Below, piece after piece: positions 18,624 through 28,785 of a DNA stretch of 64,000 nucleotides (positions are counted from its first letter, which is position 1; the number at the start of each line of letters is the position of its first letter). The notes beneath the pieces are model-generated. The model was not told the DNA's origin. It did no database searches and was given only the letters and a program-made list of their open reading frames with translations. Position numbers and translations under genes: made by a program. The DNA comes from Ignavibacteriota bacterium (GTDB taxonomy: Bacteria; Bacteroidota; Ignavibacteria; Palsa-1295), in assembly GCA_963787835.1 (NCBI GenBank), contig CAWBEI010000002.1, positions 1,792,001 through 1,856,000 on the forward strand, given 5' to 3'.

Positions 18624-19286
18624 CTACGCAGCCTCCAGACCTGCCAAATTCAAGATCCAATCGTTGATATGAGCGATCGCATTTAAGGACATTTTATGAG
18701 GGCCTTTGTATTCGTAGAATTCTGATGGAATTCCTATCGATTCGAGAAAGGTCTGCGTGCGCCGAGATGTTTCCTGAGAAAGCACTTCATCATTTGAACC
18801 ATGAGAGAGGATAACGCGCACATTGGTATTCCACTGTTTCCATCGCCGGATCGGACTTGGAAGAAATCCCGACATGGGGACAATTCCCGTCACGTTGAGC
18901 TCTCCACGCAATCCAAGAATCAGGGACATTGCCGCACCTTGACTAAATCCCCAAATAAACAACGGGGATTTTTGCGCATGTAGCCGTTCGATGTGGCGTT
19001 GAATGTTCTTGGTCAATATTTTTTCGGATTCACCAAATCGGTCCGCATCATCGATCTCCTCGTCACCGGCATTTGCATTGGGCTGGAACCACTCGAATCC
19101 GCCGATCGCTGAAGGATAAGGGGCTGTGAAAGCAATGACGTGAAATCTTTGGTCCAGCAAACCCTGAATGGAAAAGATGGTTTTAGCTTCCGCTCCGCGC
19201 CCGTGCAGCAAAACAAGGAGCGGCGGATTTTCCACGGCAGGTTCGCGAGGTAAGCGCTCAAGATAGGGAAGCGATGGTTCTGTCAC
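18624..19286 (-). CDS. Phospholipase/carboxylesterase (alpha/beta hydrolase)
   Basis: Motifs LLHGRG, GFSQGA, HGSNDEV and a C-terminal His. Confidence 0.9.
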   Translation of the reverse strand: MTEPSLPYLERLPREPAVENPPLLVLLHGRGAEAKTIFSIQGLLDQRFHVIAFTAPYPSAIGGFEWFQPNANAGDEEIDDADRFGESEKILTKNIQRHIERLHAQKSPLFIWGFSQGAAMSLILGLRGELNVTGIVPMSGFLPSPIRRWKQWNTNVRVILSHGSNDEVLSQETSRRTQTFLESIGIPSEFYEYKGPHKMSLNAIAHINDWILNLAGLEAA

Positions 19287-19392
19287 GAAAAATGCAAAAT
19301 ATTAGGCGGAACTACGCCCGTTCAGAAATACGTTCGTGCGCGGCTAACAATAATCGATCATCTTTCATCTTTCATAATTCATCTTTCCTCCT

Positions 19393-19466
19393 GGCGGGGT
19401 AGCTCAGTCGGTTAGAGCGTCGGAATCATAATCCGCAGGTCGTGGGTTCGAATCCCTCCCCCGCTA
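19393..19466 (+). tRNA. tRNA with CAT anticodon, probably elongator tRNA-Met
   Basis: Acceptor GGCGGGG/CCCCGCT, D-arm AGCTCAGTCGGTTAGAGC, anticodon loop ATCATAA, T-loop GGTTCGAATCC. Lacks initiator features. Confidence 0.92.
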
Positions 19467-19480
19467 CGTCATATCATTAG

Positions 19481-19515
19481 AGAGCGCCGAATCCATTCAG
19501 GATTCGGCGCTCTTT
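19481..19515. terminator. Intrinsic terminator between the tRNA and the convergent S41 peptidase gene
   Basis: AGAGCGCCGAATCC-ATTCA-GGATTCGGCGCTCT followed by Ts. Confidence 0.75.
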
Positions 19516-19530
19516 ACTTTCAAGAATTTC

Positions 19531-22500
19531 CTACTGCTTTTTCATCAACACTTCCACGGCCTTTTCTAATTGAAGGTCCCGGCCTTGCGCAACGGATTCC
19601 GGATCGTTGTTGACGGTATAATCCGGCTCGAGTTGCTGACCTTCAAGGTATTTCCCGTTCATATCCAACATGCCGACCTGAGGAATGCCAAAATAGAGGG
19701 AATTATCCTGTAGTGTTTCCCACCACACGGCAGTCGCCGTACCTGGCACAGGCATTCCGACGATCTTCCCGATCCCCAATGCTCGATAAGTATAGGGGAA
19801 GAAGGAAGCGTCGCTATAATTGCTTTCGCTTACAAGCACGACCGATGGTTTTGCCCATTTCTGCTGTGGCTCACTTCCCAGATCCTGGTGACGAGGAAAG
19901 AATTTAACGTATTCCTTTCCGCTTAAGAGCGTGGCGAGTTCATCGTGAAGCCAGCCGCCGCCATTGAAGCGCGTATCCACAATGAGGGCATCTTTGTCAT
20001 ATTCGCGTCCAAGGATCTCCGAATATGCATGACGGTAGCCCTCATCTCCCATGCTTCGGACATGAACGTAGCCGATCCTCCCATGTGATAAACTATCGAC
20101 TTCCAATCGCCGTGATTTGATCCATCGCTCATACAGCAGTTCATTTTCTTCTTCTCGGGAAATTGGTTTCACCGTCTCTTCCCATGTGGAATCCTTTTGG
20201 GGATTGTAAAGCGAAAGGAGTGTTGGCTTGTCTGCTTTTCGATTGAGAAAAAGATTGAAATCGACCGCCGGAGTAATTTCATGATCGTCGATTTTGAGTA
20301 TGACTGTGCCATTGGTTATCTTCGACGATGCGATATCAAGCGGCCCTTTTTCGATTATTTCTTGTATCCTGACTCCTTTCCCCGAATAATTCTGATCGAA
20401 GAATGCTCCGAGCGACGCCGTTGCATTTTGTTCGGGATTCGGTGGACGGTATCCCGAGCCGGTATGTGAGGCGTTCAACTCGCCTAGCATCTCGCTCAAC
20501 ATCTCGGCGAAGTCATAATTGTTGTTGATATAGGGAAGAAAACGCTCGTAATTAGCTTTATAATAATTCCAATCGACTCCGTTCAAATTTTCGACGTAGA
20601 ATTTCTTCAGGACCTGCCGCCAGACGTGCTCGAACAGATAGGCTCGCTCGGCGGGCCTGTTAAGTTCCATTCCGGCACGGTAGCCGATGTGTTTTTCTGC
20701 GCCAGAACTGGTATCGACACGGGCAATATTTCCATTGTTAAGCACATAAAGATTTTTACCGGATTCATCCTGGATGAGGCTGCCTCCGGGGGCTTCAAAT
20801 TTCGTCAGGATCTTGGTCTGGTCGTCGCGCAAGATGTGAACCCACAGGGCTGAACCCTTCGCATAGCTCGTTAGATAATAAAGTCGCTCGCCATCACGGG
20901 AGAGGACGGCATCTGACATGCGAGAAGAATTGATCGTGAGCCGTGCTGTCCGGTCCTCGATGTTTTTCAGATCGATGGTGATCGGCGGGATCGGTTTTTT
21001 AACGAAAGTGGAATCTTTCGATCTATTCTTTTTATCTTCTTTGTTTTCAGCAGTATCCTTTTCCTCATGTTTCGAAAGATCGTACTCCTCCCGTGTCATG
21101 CGAAAGCGGTCATACGCGGCCTGCGTGAAGAACATGCCAAATACATCGCTTTCGACGCCGTTGTTGGAATGGCTGCGGAGACCTTGCCGGTCGCTAAACC
21201 AATACACCATGCTGCCATCGGCGGACCACATAGGCTGGTTATCGTCATATCCACTATTGGTCAGATCGACAATGGGGCCTTTGCCTTGAGCATCGATAAG
21301 GCCCACCGCCGGGGACCATCTTGCGTGGTCTATGAAATTGACCAAGAACCATTTACCATCCGGCGACCACTGGTACCATTGATCGCCATCGGTATAGGAA
21401 TAGTTATGTGTGGAATCCATGATCGTCCGGATCGCGTTGGTCTTTAAATTGATGACCTTCAGATTCGTGCGCTCTTCGAGATAGGCAACTTCATTGCCGT
21501 CCGGAGAATAATGCGGTTGGAATGTTTCTCGATCCGTCGCGATAACAGCCTCCTCCTTCAGCGTAGTTGATGCATAAAAATAGGGTTCCTCTTTATGCTC
21601 GATCGTTGTTTGGTAGATCTTCCAGCTATTGCCGCGCTCGCTGGCATAGAGCAGAGATCTCCCATCGGGACTAAAACTAATACTCCGTTCTTGCTCGGGC
21701 GTATTGGTGATGCGCTTGGTCACGTCGTAATCCACAGAGGCCACGAAAATATCGCCACGCACGACGAACGCAAATTCTTTTCCATTGGGCGAAACTGCAA
21801 ATTCAGTCGCTCCGGAAGTGAGCGTAGCAAAATTTGTGCTATTCGCCTTTTCGGTTGGTACAATTTCGATGGATACTTTTACGGGTGAGTCACTGCCAGC
21901 CGGTAGCAGGTAGATCTCTCCGTTCAGGCCAAAGCACAGGGTTCCTGTATGCGCGATCGAGAGAAATCGAACAGGATTCTTATCGTATGCCGTGATCTGG
22001 GAAATTTGCTCTGGATGTGCAATAGGCAATTTCCAGATATTGAAAGATCCGCTTTTTTCGCTGAGATAGTATGCCTCTGATTCATCCGGCGACCAAACAG
22101 GGTTGCGATCCTCCCCGACAAACGATGTAAGTTTGGTATGGTGTTTCGTTGTTCTGTCATAAAGCCAAATGTCTCGGGCAATAGAAGCCATTTCATGTTT
22201 ACGCCATTCGTTCTCATATCCTTTTCGGTCTTCATACAAGATACGGTTCCCGCTCTTATCCATTTGTGCGTGAAGTGCCGGTGTGGTCAGTAATTGCCGA
22301 GGCACTCCTCCATTGATCGAAACCGCGTAGAGCTCTGGAAGTACTCCGACGGGAAATTGAACATTGTGTGCATCGTCCATCCGAACGGCGGAGAACAGGA
22401 CCGAATCTCCTTTGGGTGTGAATCCGGTTGGCACTTCGCCAGCAGTATGCACGGTGAGCTGTTTCGAGATCCCGCCGGTGGATGGAACCAGAAATACATC

Positions 22501-22782
22501 GAAATTACCATTGCGATCGCTGGCATACGCGATCCATTTGCCATCCGGTGACCAGACCGGATTGAAATCGTACGCAATATGCGTGACAATGGCTGTCGCG
22601 CGCCCGCCTGTGCTGGGCACGGTGTAAATATCACCTTGGTATTCGAAAGCAATGGTAGTCCCATCCGGGGAGACAGCAGGATAGCGCATCCACAACGGAT
22701 GATCGCTCACATCGGCAGATTGCGCAAAAGTAGGCAAAGATGAAAGTAATAAAGAGAAAACAACGAAGTAAAAACGGCGCAT
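19531..22782 (-). CDS. Tricorn-like S41 family peptidase
   Basis: Signal peptide, PD40/WSPDG propeller repeats, GELNASH, PDZ region, DTRFNGGGW, SNYSDA. Confidence 0.93.
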   Translation of the reverse strand: MRRFYFVVFSLLLSSLPTFAQSADVSDHPLWMRYPAVSPDGTTIAFEYQGDIYTVPSTGGRATAIVTHIAYDFNPVWSPDGKWIAYASDRNGNFDVFLVPSTGGISKQLTVHTAGEVPTGFTPKGDSVLFSAVRMDDAHNVQFPVGVLPELYAVSINGGVPRQLLTTPALHAQMDKSGNRILYEDRKGYENEWRKHEMASIARDIWLYDRTTKHHTKLTSFVGEDRNPVWSPDESEAYYLSEKSGSFNIWKLPIAHPEQISQITAYDKNPVRFLSIAHTGTLCFGLNGEIYLLPAGSDSPVKVSIEIVPTEKANSTNFATLTSGATEFAVSPNGKEFAFVVRGDIFVASVDYDVTKRITNTPEQERSISFSPDGRSLLYASERGNSWKIYQTTIEHKEEPYFYASTTLKEEAVIATDRETFQPHYSPDGNEVAYLEERTNLKVINLKTNAIRTIMDSTHNYSYTDGDQWYQWSPDGKWFLVNFIDHARWSPAVGLIDAQGKGPIVDLTNSGYDDNQPMWSADGSMVYWFSDRQGLRSHSNNGVESDVFGMFFTQAAYDRFRMTREEYDLSKHEEKDTAENKEDKKNRSKDSTFVKKPIPPITIDLKNIEDRTARLTINSSRMSDAVLSRDGERLYYLTSYAKGSALWVHILRDDQTKILTKFEAPGGSLIQDESGKNLYVLNNGNIARVDTSSGAEKHIGYRAGMELNRPAERAYLFEHVWRQVLKKFYVENLNGVDWNYYKANYERFLPYINNNYDFAEMLSEMLGELNASHTGSGYRPPNPEQNATASLGAFFDQNYSGKGVRIQEIIEKGPLDIASSKITNGTVILKIDDHEITPAVDFNLFLNRKADKPTLLSLYNPQKDSTWEETVKPISREEENELLYERWIKSRRLEVDSLSHGRIGYVHVRSMGDEGYRHAYSEILGREYDKDALIVDTRFNGGGWLHDELATLLSGKEYVKFFPRHQDLGSEPQQKWAKPSVVLVSESNYSDASFFPYTYRALGIGKIVGMPVPGTATAVWWETLQDNSLYFGIPQVGMLDMNGKYLEGQQLEPDYTVNNDPESVAQGRDLQLEKAVEVLMKKQ

Positions 22783-22955
22783 TCGAATAGTGTTATAAAT
22801 GAAACGACTCTTGCAATGCCAGGGATTAAGGAATTAGGCACTGTTAACGAGAGAATCCTCATAGGAGTTACCGGAAATGCGGATTTTTTAGGTCTGGAGG
22901 AAAGACACCTGACTTGCGAATCTAATGTAAAGTCACATGGTTATGCGATAGTTCT

Positions 22956-23924
22956 ATGGTCAAAATCGGGAATCTAACGCTTGGAGAGCATCTGCTCCTG
23001 CTCGCGCCAATGGAGGACGTGACGGATGTCTCATTCCGGCTCCTTATGCGCCAGCTTGGGGCTAGCGCCGTATATACCGAGTTCATTTCGAGTGAGGCGC
23101 TGATTCGGGAAGTGGCAAAATCGGTGAAAAAGCTTACCACTTCGCCATTAGAGCGGCCCGTCGCTATTCAGATCTATGGCGGCGATCCAGATGTAATGCG
23201 CGAGGCTGCGATCATTTCCGAGGAGGCTGCGCCGGACTTTATCGACATTAATTGTGGCTGTTGGGTCAAGAATGTCGCAGGGAAAGGTGCCGGAGCGGGT
23301 CTTCTCAAGGATCCACAACGGATGGATCGAATGGTTCGGGCAGTAGTCGATGCGGTAAAGCTTCCTGTTACTGTGAAAACCCGGCTTGGCTGGGATCAGG
23401 ATTCCATCAACATTCTCAACATCGCGCCAATGCTCGAACAAGCTGGCGCCCAAGCGCTTACGATTCATTGCCGCACCAGGGCCCAAGGGCACAACGGCGA
23501 AGCGGACTGGTCCTGGATTCCAAAGATCAAGCAGGTTGTCTCCATTCCCGTATTTCTTAATGGTGATGTGAAGGCGCCAGAAGATGCCGAGCGGGCGTTC
23601 CGTGAAACCGGCTGCGATGGAGTAATGATCGCTCGTGGGGCGATCACGAATCCATTTATTTTTCAGCAGATACATCAGCTTCGGGAGACGGGCACCTATT
23701 CGCAGCCAACGATCGCGGAGCGTGTTGAACTGTGCGTTCGGCACTTGCGTCACTCCTGTGAAGTGCGTGGAGAGCAGCGGGGTGTTTTTGCATTCCGTAA
23801 GCATTATGCCGGTTACCTTCGAGAAGTACATGGCGGCTCGAAAGTGCGCTCGGAACTTATGCAAATAACAGAACTCGAACGCTGTGTCGATAGGCTCCAG
23901 CAGTTTAGCTCCGCAATGGTGTAA
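22956..23924 (+). CDS. dusB: tRNA-dihydrouridine synthase B
   Basis: Motifs LAPMEDVTD, IDINCGC, GAGAGLL, TVKTRLGW, NGDV, GVMIARGA. Confidence 0.92.
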   Translation: MVKIGNLTLGEHLLLLAPMEDVTDVSFRLLMRQLGASAVYTEFISSEALIREVAKSVKKLTTSPLERPVAIQIYGGDPDVMREAAIISEEAAPDFIDINCGCWVKNVAGKGAGAGLLKDPQRMDRMVRAVVDAVKLPVTVKTRLGWDQDSINILNIAPMLEQAGAQALTIHCRTRAQGHNGEADWSWIPKIKQVVSIPVFLNGDVKAPEDAERAFRETGCDGVMIARGAITNPFIFQQIHQLRETGTYSQPTIAERVELCVRHLRHSCEVRGEQRGVFAFRKHYAGYLREVHGGSKVRSELMQITELERCVDRLQQFSSAMV

Positions 23925-23932
23925 ACTGGTTT

Positions 23933-25087
23933 TTAATTCGGCTCCAACGTCTGGGAACGGGCTGAAACACGCTTCAGACGCCCAAGCGCGAGTTCTTTCC
24001 ACTCCACAAAAGTCCCATCCAGTATTTTTGTTCTTGCCTCACGAACAAGTTCCTCGTAAAACGCGATATTATGTAATGTGGCCAACGTTAGCCCTAAAAT
24101 TTCGTTGGAATTAAAAAGATGGGCAAGATACGCCTTCGAAAAATTTTGTGAAGCGTAGGAATTGGTCTCAGGGTCGATCGGGCTGTGGTCGTTCTTCCAT
24201 TTCGAATTTCGCATGTTGATCTTGCCATCTCGCGTGAAGAGTTGTCCATTGCGGGCGTTGCGGGTCGGTAATACGCAATCGAACATATCGACGCCGCGCG
24301 AGATGGATTCCAGCAGGTCCGCTGGGGTTCCCACGCCCATCAGATAACGAGGTTTTTCTCTTGGCAGCAGATCCGTCGTCCAGTTCGTTACTTCGTACAT
24401 TACTTCATTCGGTTCCCCCACGGCGAGTCCGCCTATCGCGTAACCCTCTGCATTCATTGCAATAAGTTCTCTTGCGCAGGACTCACGAAGATCGCGGTGT
24501 GTGCCTCCCTGAACGATCAGAAATAGTGATTGCTCGTACCCATGCTGAGTATCCGTCTCAACAAATCGATCCATCGAGCGCCCGGCCCACGCGATCGTTC
24601 TCTGAACGGCTCGCTCGACAACCACTCGTTCGGCATCCGAAGGCGGGCATTCGTCGAGTACCATCATGATGTCCGGCCCGATGGCTCGCTCGATGTCAAT
24701 TACTTTTTCCGCCGTGAAATAATGGGCCGAGCCGTCGAGATGGCTTTTAAAATGTACCCCTTCGTCCGTTGTTTTGCGAAGGTCAGCAAGCGAATAGACC
24801 TGGTAACCACCGGAATCGGTCAGTACACTTCCGTGCCAGTTCGCAAAGCGGTGAACACCCCCAGCTTGTGCAATTATTTCCGTTCCTGGCCGCAAATAGA
24901 GGTGATAGGCATTTGCCAAGACCATCCGAGCGCCCGTTTCCCAAACATCCCTTTGTGTGAGAGCCTTGACCGTTGCATTCGTTCCGACAGGCATGAACGT
25001 TGGTGTTTCTATCGTGCCATGAGCCGTTCGAATGACCCCGGCACGGGCTTTCGATCGGGTGTCAGTCTTTTGGAGTGTGAATTCCAC
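23933..25087 (-). CDS. tgt: Queuine tRNA-ribosyltransferase
   Basis: Motifs TPTFMPVGT, TDSGGYQV, GGLAVGE, PRYLMGVG, DMFDCVLPTRNARNG. Confidence 0.97.
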   Translation of the reverse strand: MEFTLQKTDTRSKARAGVIRTAHGTIETPTFMPVGTNATVKALTQRDVWETGARMVLANAYHLYLRPGTEIIAQAGGVHRFANWHGSVLTDSGGYQVYSLADLRKTTDEGVHFKSHLDGSAHYFTAEKVIDIERAIGPDIMMVLDECPPSDAERVVVERAVQRTIAWAGRSMDRFVETDTQHGYEQSLFLIVQGGTHRDLRESCARELIAMNAEGYAIGGLAVGEPNEVMYEVTNWTTDLLPREKPRYLMGVGTPADLLESISRGVDMFDCVLPTRNARNGQLFTRDGKINMRNSKWKNDHSPIDPETNSYASQNFSKAYLAHLFNSNEILGLTLATLHNIAFYEELVREARTKILDGTFVEWKELALGRLKRVSARSQTLEPN

Positions 25088-25095
25088 AGATAGTA

Positions 25096-25734
25096 TTATG
25101 CTGATTCGAGGCGAATTTCCCGATTCGCGATGGCGCGTTCGCGTTCGTCGTTCGTAGCGATAAAGACAATGGCCCCTCGGTCGGCAGCTTCTTTGGTTCG
25201 CTCTAACATCATGGATGTTCCGGCTTCATCCAAATTCGAAGTTGGTTCGTCCAGCAATAGTGCGGCAGGGGAGCACGCGAATGCCATTGCTGACCGGACG
25301 CGCTGTTTCATGCCGGAACTATATGCTCGCATTCTTCTGTCGCTGCCAGCGATCTTGGGATCGAGGCCAAACCTTTCCAGAAGTTCCAACGCGGCCTCGG
25401 AGCGAAGGGGGATACCTTTCATCGAGGCGACGAATTCAACATGTTCTACTGCCGTCAGCTCATCATAGAGTTCCATATAGGGAGCAGAAAAGCCAAGCCG
25501 AACCCGGATCCCATCATTATCGAGCTTTGTGCTGCCGTTCTGCCATACCTGCGACCCTTTCGTTGGAGAAAGCACATTCGCGATTATCTTTAACAGTGTA
25601 CTTTTTCCCGCTCCATTGGAACCCGTAATCGCAATGATTTCTGAGGACCTGGCTTCGAACGATACCTTCCTAAATACCGGGCGCTGCGAAAACCGCTTCT
25701 CGATGCCATTCGCAATAATGGTCAGGGACTCCAT
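25096..25734 (-). CDS. ABC transporter ATP-binding protein (CcmA-like)
   Basis: Walker A GSNGAGKST, signature YSSGMKQR, Walker B LLLDEP. Confidence 0.88.
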   Translation of the reverse strand: MESLTIIANGIEKRFSQRPVFRKVSFEARSSEIIAITGSNGAGKSTLLKIIANVLSPTKGSQVWQNGSTKLDNDGIRVRLGFSAPYMELYDELTAVEHVEFVASMKGIPLRSEAALELLERFGLDPKIAGSDRRMRAYSSGMKQRVRSAMAFACSPAALLLDEPTSNLDEAGTSMMLERTKEAADRGAIVFIATNDERERAIANREIRLESA

Positions 25735-25738
25735 GCGA

Positions 25739-26248
25739 TCACCGGTCATTGGATCGAGCACTTTCTTCGCGGATTTTTAAACGGTGTGCGCGGCGAGCTT
25801 CTGCTTCTTCGTACCGTAGTTTCTCTTCCGGCGTCTCTGGGTGAAGCTCTGGAACTTTCGCAGCGTGTCCGAATTCATCGAGCGCAACAAATGTGAGATA
25901 GGCCGAACTCACATGGCGAATATCGCCAGTGCGGAAATCTTCAACATCCGCATGTACTCCTACTTCCATCGACGTGTGAAATGCCCTGTTCACACTGGCC
26001 CTCAACCGCACGACCTGGCCTAGCTTAACCGGCAGTAGAAAGCTCATTTCATCGACACTGGCCGTGACCGATATACGGTTCGAGTGCCGCTGGGCACTGA
26101 GCGCGGCAGCAATATCTACCCAGTGCATCAGGCGCCCGCCGAGCAGGTTCCCAAGCTGATTGGTATCGTTCGGCAATACCAGCTCCGTAAGTTCCACTGA
26201 GGAGGAGGATGGCGTTTTGGGCGGACGTGGCGAATGCTGTTCTTGCAT
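25739..26248 (-). CDS. Hotdog-fold acyl-CoA thioesterase (YciA-like)
   Basis: Motifs PNDTNQLGNLLGG..WVD, TSMEVGV, AYLTFVALD. Confidence 0.92.
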   Translation of the reverse strand: MQEQHSPRPPKTPSSSSVELTELVLPNDTNQLGNLLGGRLMHWVDIAAALSAQRHSNRISVTASVDEMSFLLPVKLGQVVRLRASVNRAFHTSMEVGVHADVEDFRTGDIRHVSSAYLTFVALDEFGHAAKVPELHPETPEEKLRYEEAEARRAHRLKIREESARSNDR

Positions 26249-26252
26249 AGGA

Positions 26253-27128
26253 TCAATTTTGCGCTAACTTGTTATGCAGCGTTAATGCGCGCGTTCGTTC
26301 ATCGGCTGTGGCTAATTGCAAATATTTCGTGTCAAAGGCGTCGAGGCACTTACGGGCATCGTCCAGCTTATTGGTTCCGGCATCGATCTCGGCAAGCCGA
26401 AGTTCCGATTCCGGTGCCGGCGGGGTATCGTAATAATTGTCAAGAACGCGCTGATAATAAACAGCAGAGGCTTTAAAATACTCGAGTTTATCATACAACT
26501 GAGCCGATAGAAAATACTTCTGCGCGAGCCGCTTCCTAAGTTCCAGGATCCTCGCCTGGGCGCTATCGACGAGCGACGAACCTGCGAGGCTCATCTCCGC
26601 TTTGGATGCTCGATTGTCAAGTGTACTGGTCGAAGCGCCGCCGGGTGTGCTGGTTGCCCAGGCACTCGACCCGGTTGGAAAGTCGTGCAGAAAATTCTGA
26701 AATTCTGTCAAGGCAAGCACCGTGTACGTCTGGTCCAGTTCAGCCCGAGGGGAAATTTGGAAATAACTTTCGCCCACCATGTATTGTGCTTTGGCCGCGA
26801 AGGGTGAACTCGCATAGTTCCTTCTCACCGCCCGAAAATCGGCCGCTGAGGTGGCGTACTTCTCTTGATTAAATCCCGACATGGCCTCCAGATACGTGGC
26901 TTCAGCCGCGATATTCGAAGCCGGAGCCTGAAGCCGCACTTGCTCGAATAGCCGGCTCGCTTCGATATAATCTTCCTTGGCATAGGCAGCTTTAGCCTCG
27001 GCGAATTGCTGCTCCACTGCCTCTTTGGGTGGAGTTTTGGTCAATTGATCGCTGTCCGAGCCGCAGCCCAGGGCTATCAACGTTAGCGAGGAGAGCGCGG
27101 CAAGGAGAAAGGGTAGTCGGCGTGTCAC
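26253..27128 (-). CDS. bamD: Outer-membrane assembly lipoprotein BamD
   Basis: Lipobox IALGC, TPR repeats, SPRAELDQTYT, LAQKYFLSAQLY...YYDT. GTG start chosen at the signal peptide. Confidence 0.85.
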   Translation of the reverse strand: MTRRLPFLLAALSSLTLIALGCGSDSDQLTKTPPKEAVEQQFAEAKAAYAKEDYIEASRLFEQVRLQAPASNIAAEATYLEAMSGFNQEKYATSAADFRAVRRNYASSPFAAKAQYMVGESYFQISPRAELDQTYTVLALTEFQNFLHDFPTGSSAWATSTPGGASTSTLDNRASKAEMSLAGSSLVDSAQARILELRKRLAQKYFLSAQLYDKLEYFKASAVYYQRVLDNYYDTPPAPESELRLAEIDAGTNKLDDARKCLDAFDTKYLQLATADERTRALTLHNKLAQN

Positions 27129-27590
27129 CAATAAAGGAGGGGTTTTCAATGGTAAAATTTGAATGTGTCTCTTAACTACCAGTACGTAGAAAGAGTGCGA
27201 TAGGATGCGCGTGCCCTCCATTTCTTTCCATTTCAAATTTACAGTGGATCGCCACATTTCCGCTTGCTCTTATTGTTCTACCAGAAATAGGTGCCATTTC
27301 TTTTTCTTGCAGAGTTCCCGACCACCCTCGTTTCCGAGCTTATTTCGCCATTTGTTGAAAAAATTTTCCACAAATTGCTTTCATGGAGAACTCGTTCATA
27401 GTGAAACCTACAGTTTGTTGTCAATGAACGACACCAGCCCCCCATTCTTAATTCTCAATTTTTAATTGAAAATTGATATAGGTGCCCATAGTCTCACTTC
27501 CAATATACGGTGGGATTTTCCGGAAGTCAAGTGATTCCAGAAAATAATTGATTTTTTCCAAATTGTCTTTGGAAGCAGTGTGCACGGAAG

Positions 27591-27745
27591 AGCTGCTTCC
27601 GTGACCCAGTTCGGGAAGCAGCCAAGCATGAGCGATCATACGTGCTCCTGGCACACAACACATGGAAGTTCAGGTTTCCACTTCGACGAGCGCACCTCTT
27701 GCGGTTGAGCACGGATGCGGGGCACACCAACCACGCAGCCGGTAG
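27591..27745. ncRNA. Candidate structured RNA (6S-like rod), strand uncertain
   Basis: GC-rich intergenic block with nested complementarity: GCTGC..GTG/CAC..GCAGC, CGTGCTC/GAGCACG, TGGAA/TTCCA. No family match verified. Confidence 0.3.
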
Positions 27746-27757
27746 CAAAAAACGCGA

Positions 27758-28732
27758 TTACGATATCTTCACAACAAGGCGCTGACCATTTGGAACATCC
27801 AGGTTCCAAAGCTCTGCAATGTCCTCTAATTTAACGGTGATCGTTTCAACGTGGAGCTTGCCTTCGGATGCTAACTGGAACATTTCAGGAAGTATTTCGC
27901 GAAAAAGCTGGCGAACCTGCTGCTTCGACCATGCGCCAAGCCCCGACCCACTCAATTGGAGATCAACGCTTCGCAGATTTGCGGCCGATAATTGGATCAG
28001 ATCGACCGTCATGCTTCCAATGGACACATAGCGTATCTTGTTAGTAAAGGAACCATCGCCTTTCAGACAGGCGAGGATCATTTCTGCGGTGTGACCCCAT
28101 AGATAATCAATGATGACATCGATAGGTGTGCGAGAATGAATTGTGGAAATCCGTGCTCTAAATTGATCGTCATCCTGAACGACGGAAACAACCTCATCTG
28201 CCCCGAGCGACAATAAGTCTTGAAGCGATTGCGGATTTCTGCCGGTTGCGATCACTCGTTTTGCGCCATAGTGTTTGGCAATTTGTACGGCGCACCGACC
28301 AGTAAAGCCGGTAGCGCCATTGATGAGCACTACATCGCCGGGCTGAATATCCGCTTTGAAACGCAAGCCCATCGCCGAACCCATAACAGCATTCGGAAGA
28401 GCCGCCGCAGTTGCATCGTCCAGAGCGTCGGGAACCGCAACGATGCGATCTTGCTCGATGGTCGCGAGTTCTGCCATCATACCGCTCGCGCCGATCGCAT
28501 AGACTCGAGTTCCGTCAGGAAGCAAGCAAACGCCATCGCCGCCGATCACCTTGGCCTGCGACGTAGCCGCACCGCTGGAATAATGAGTCCCGGCGGCGCG
28601 ACCCCTATCTAAGCGTTTAATTGCAACCGTCTTCACATGCACCAATACTTCGTCGCTATTTTGAACGGTTGGTTCCGGGAAATCAACGTACTGGGGCAAT
28701 TCACCCTTCTGATAGATAACGGCTGCTTTCAT
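27758..28732 (-). CDS. MDR-family quinone oxidoreductase / zinc-binding dehydrogenase
   Basis: MKAAVI start, GroES-like domain, Rossmann motif VLINGATGFTG. Confidence 0.88.
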   Translation of the reverse strand: MKAAVIYQKGELPQYVDFPEPTVQNSDEVLVHVKTVAIKRLDRGRAAGTHYSSGAATSQAKVIGGDGVCLLPDGTRVYAIGASGMMAELATIEQDRIVAVPDALDDATAAALPNAVMGSAMGLRFKADIQPGDVVLINGATGFTGRCAVQIAKHYGAKRVIATGRNPQSLQDLLSLGADEVVSVVQDDDQFRARISTIHSRTPIDVIIDYLWGHTAEMILACLKGDGSFTNKIRYVSIGSMTVDLIQLSAANLRSVDLQLSGSGLGAWSKQQVRQLFREILPEMFQLASEGKLHVETITVKLEDIAELWNLDVPNGQRLVVKIS

Positions 28733-28785
28733 TCGATGCTAAAACGTATAACGGACTCCTAAGTGCCGGATGCACGACGTACCCA

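Noticed and set aside
23148-24002. 284-aa antisense ORF over dusB and similar antisense ORFs (6870-7511, 40393-41058, 42060-42941)
   Set aside because: No recognisable motifs, and they lie opposite conserved genes.
27589-27613. SRP RNA-like string on the minus strand (GAACTGGGTCA-CGGAAGCAGC)
   Set aside because: It lacks the conserved helix-8 CAGG-NCC-GNRA stem-loop, so it is not called ffs.
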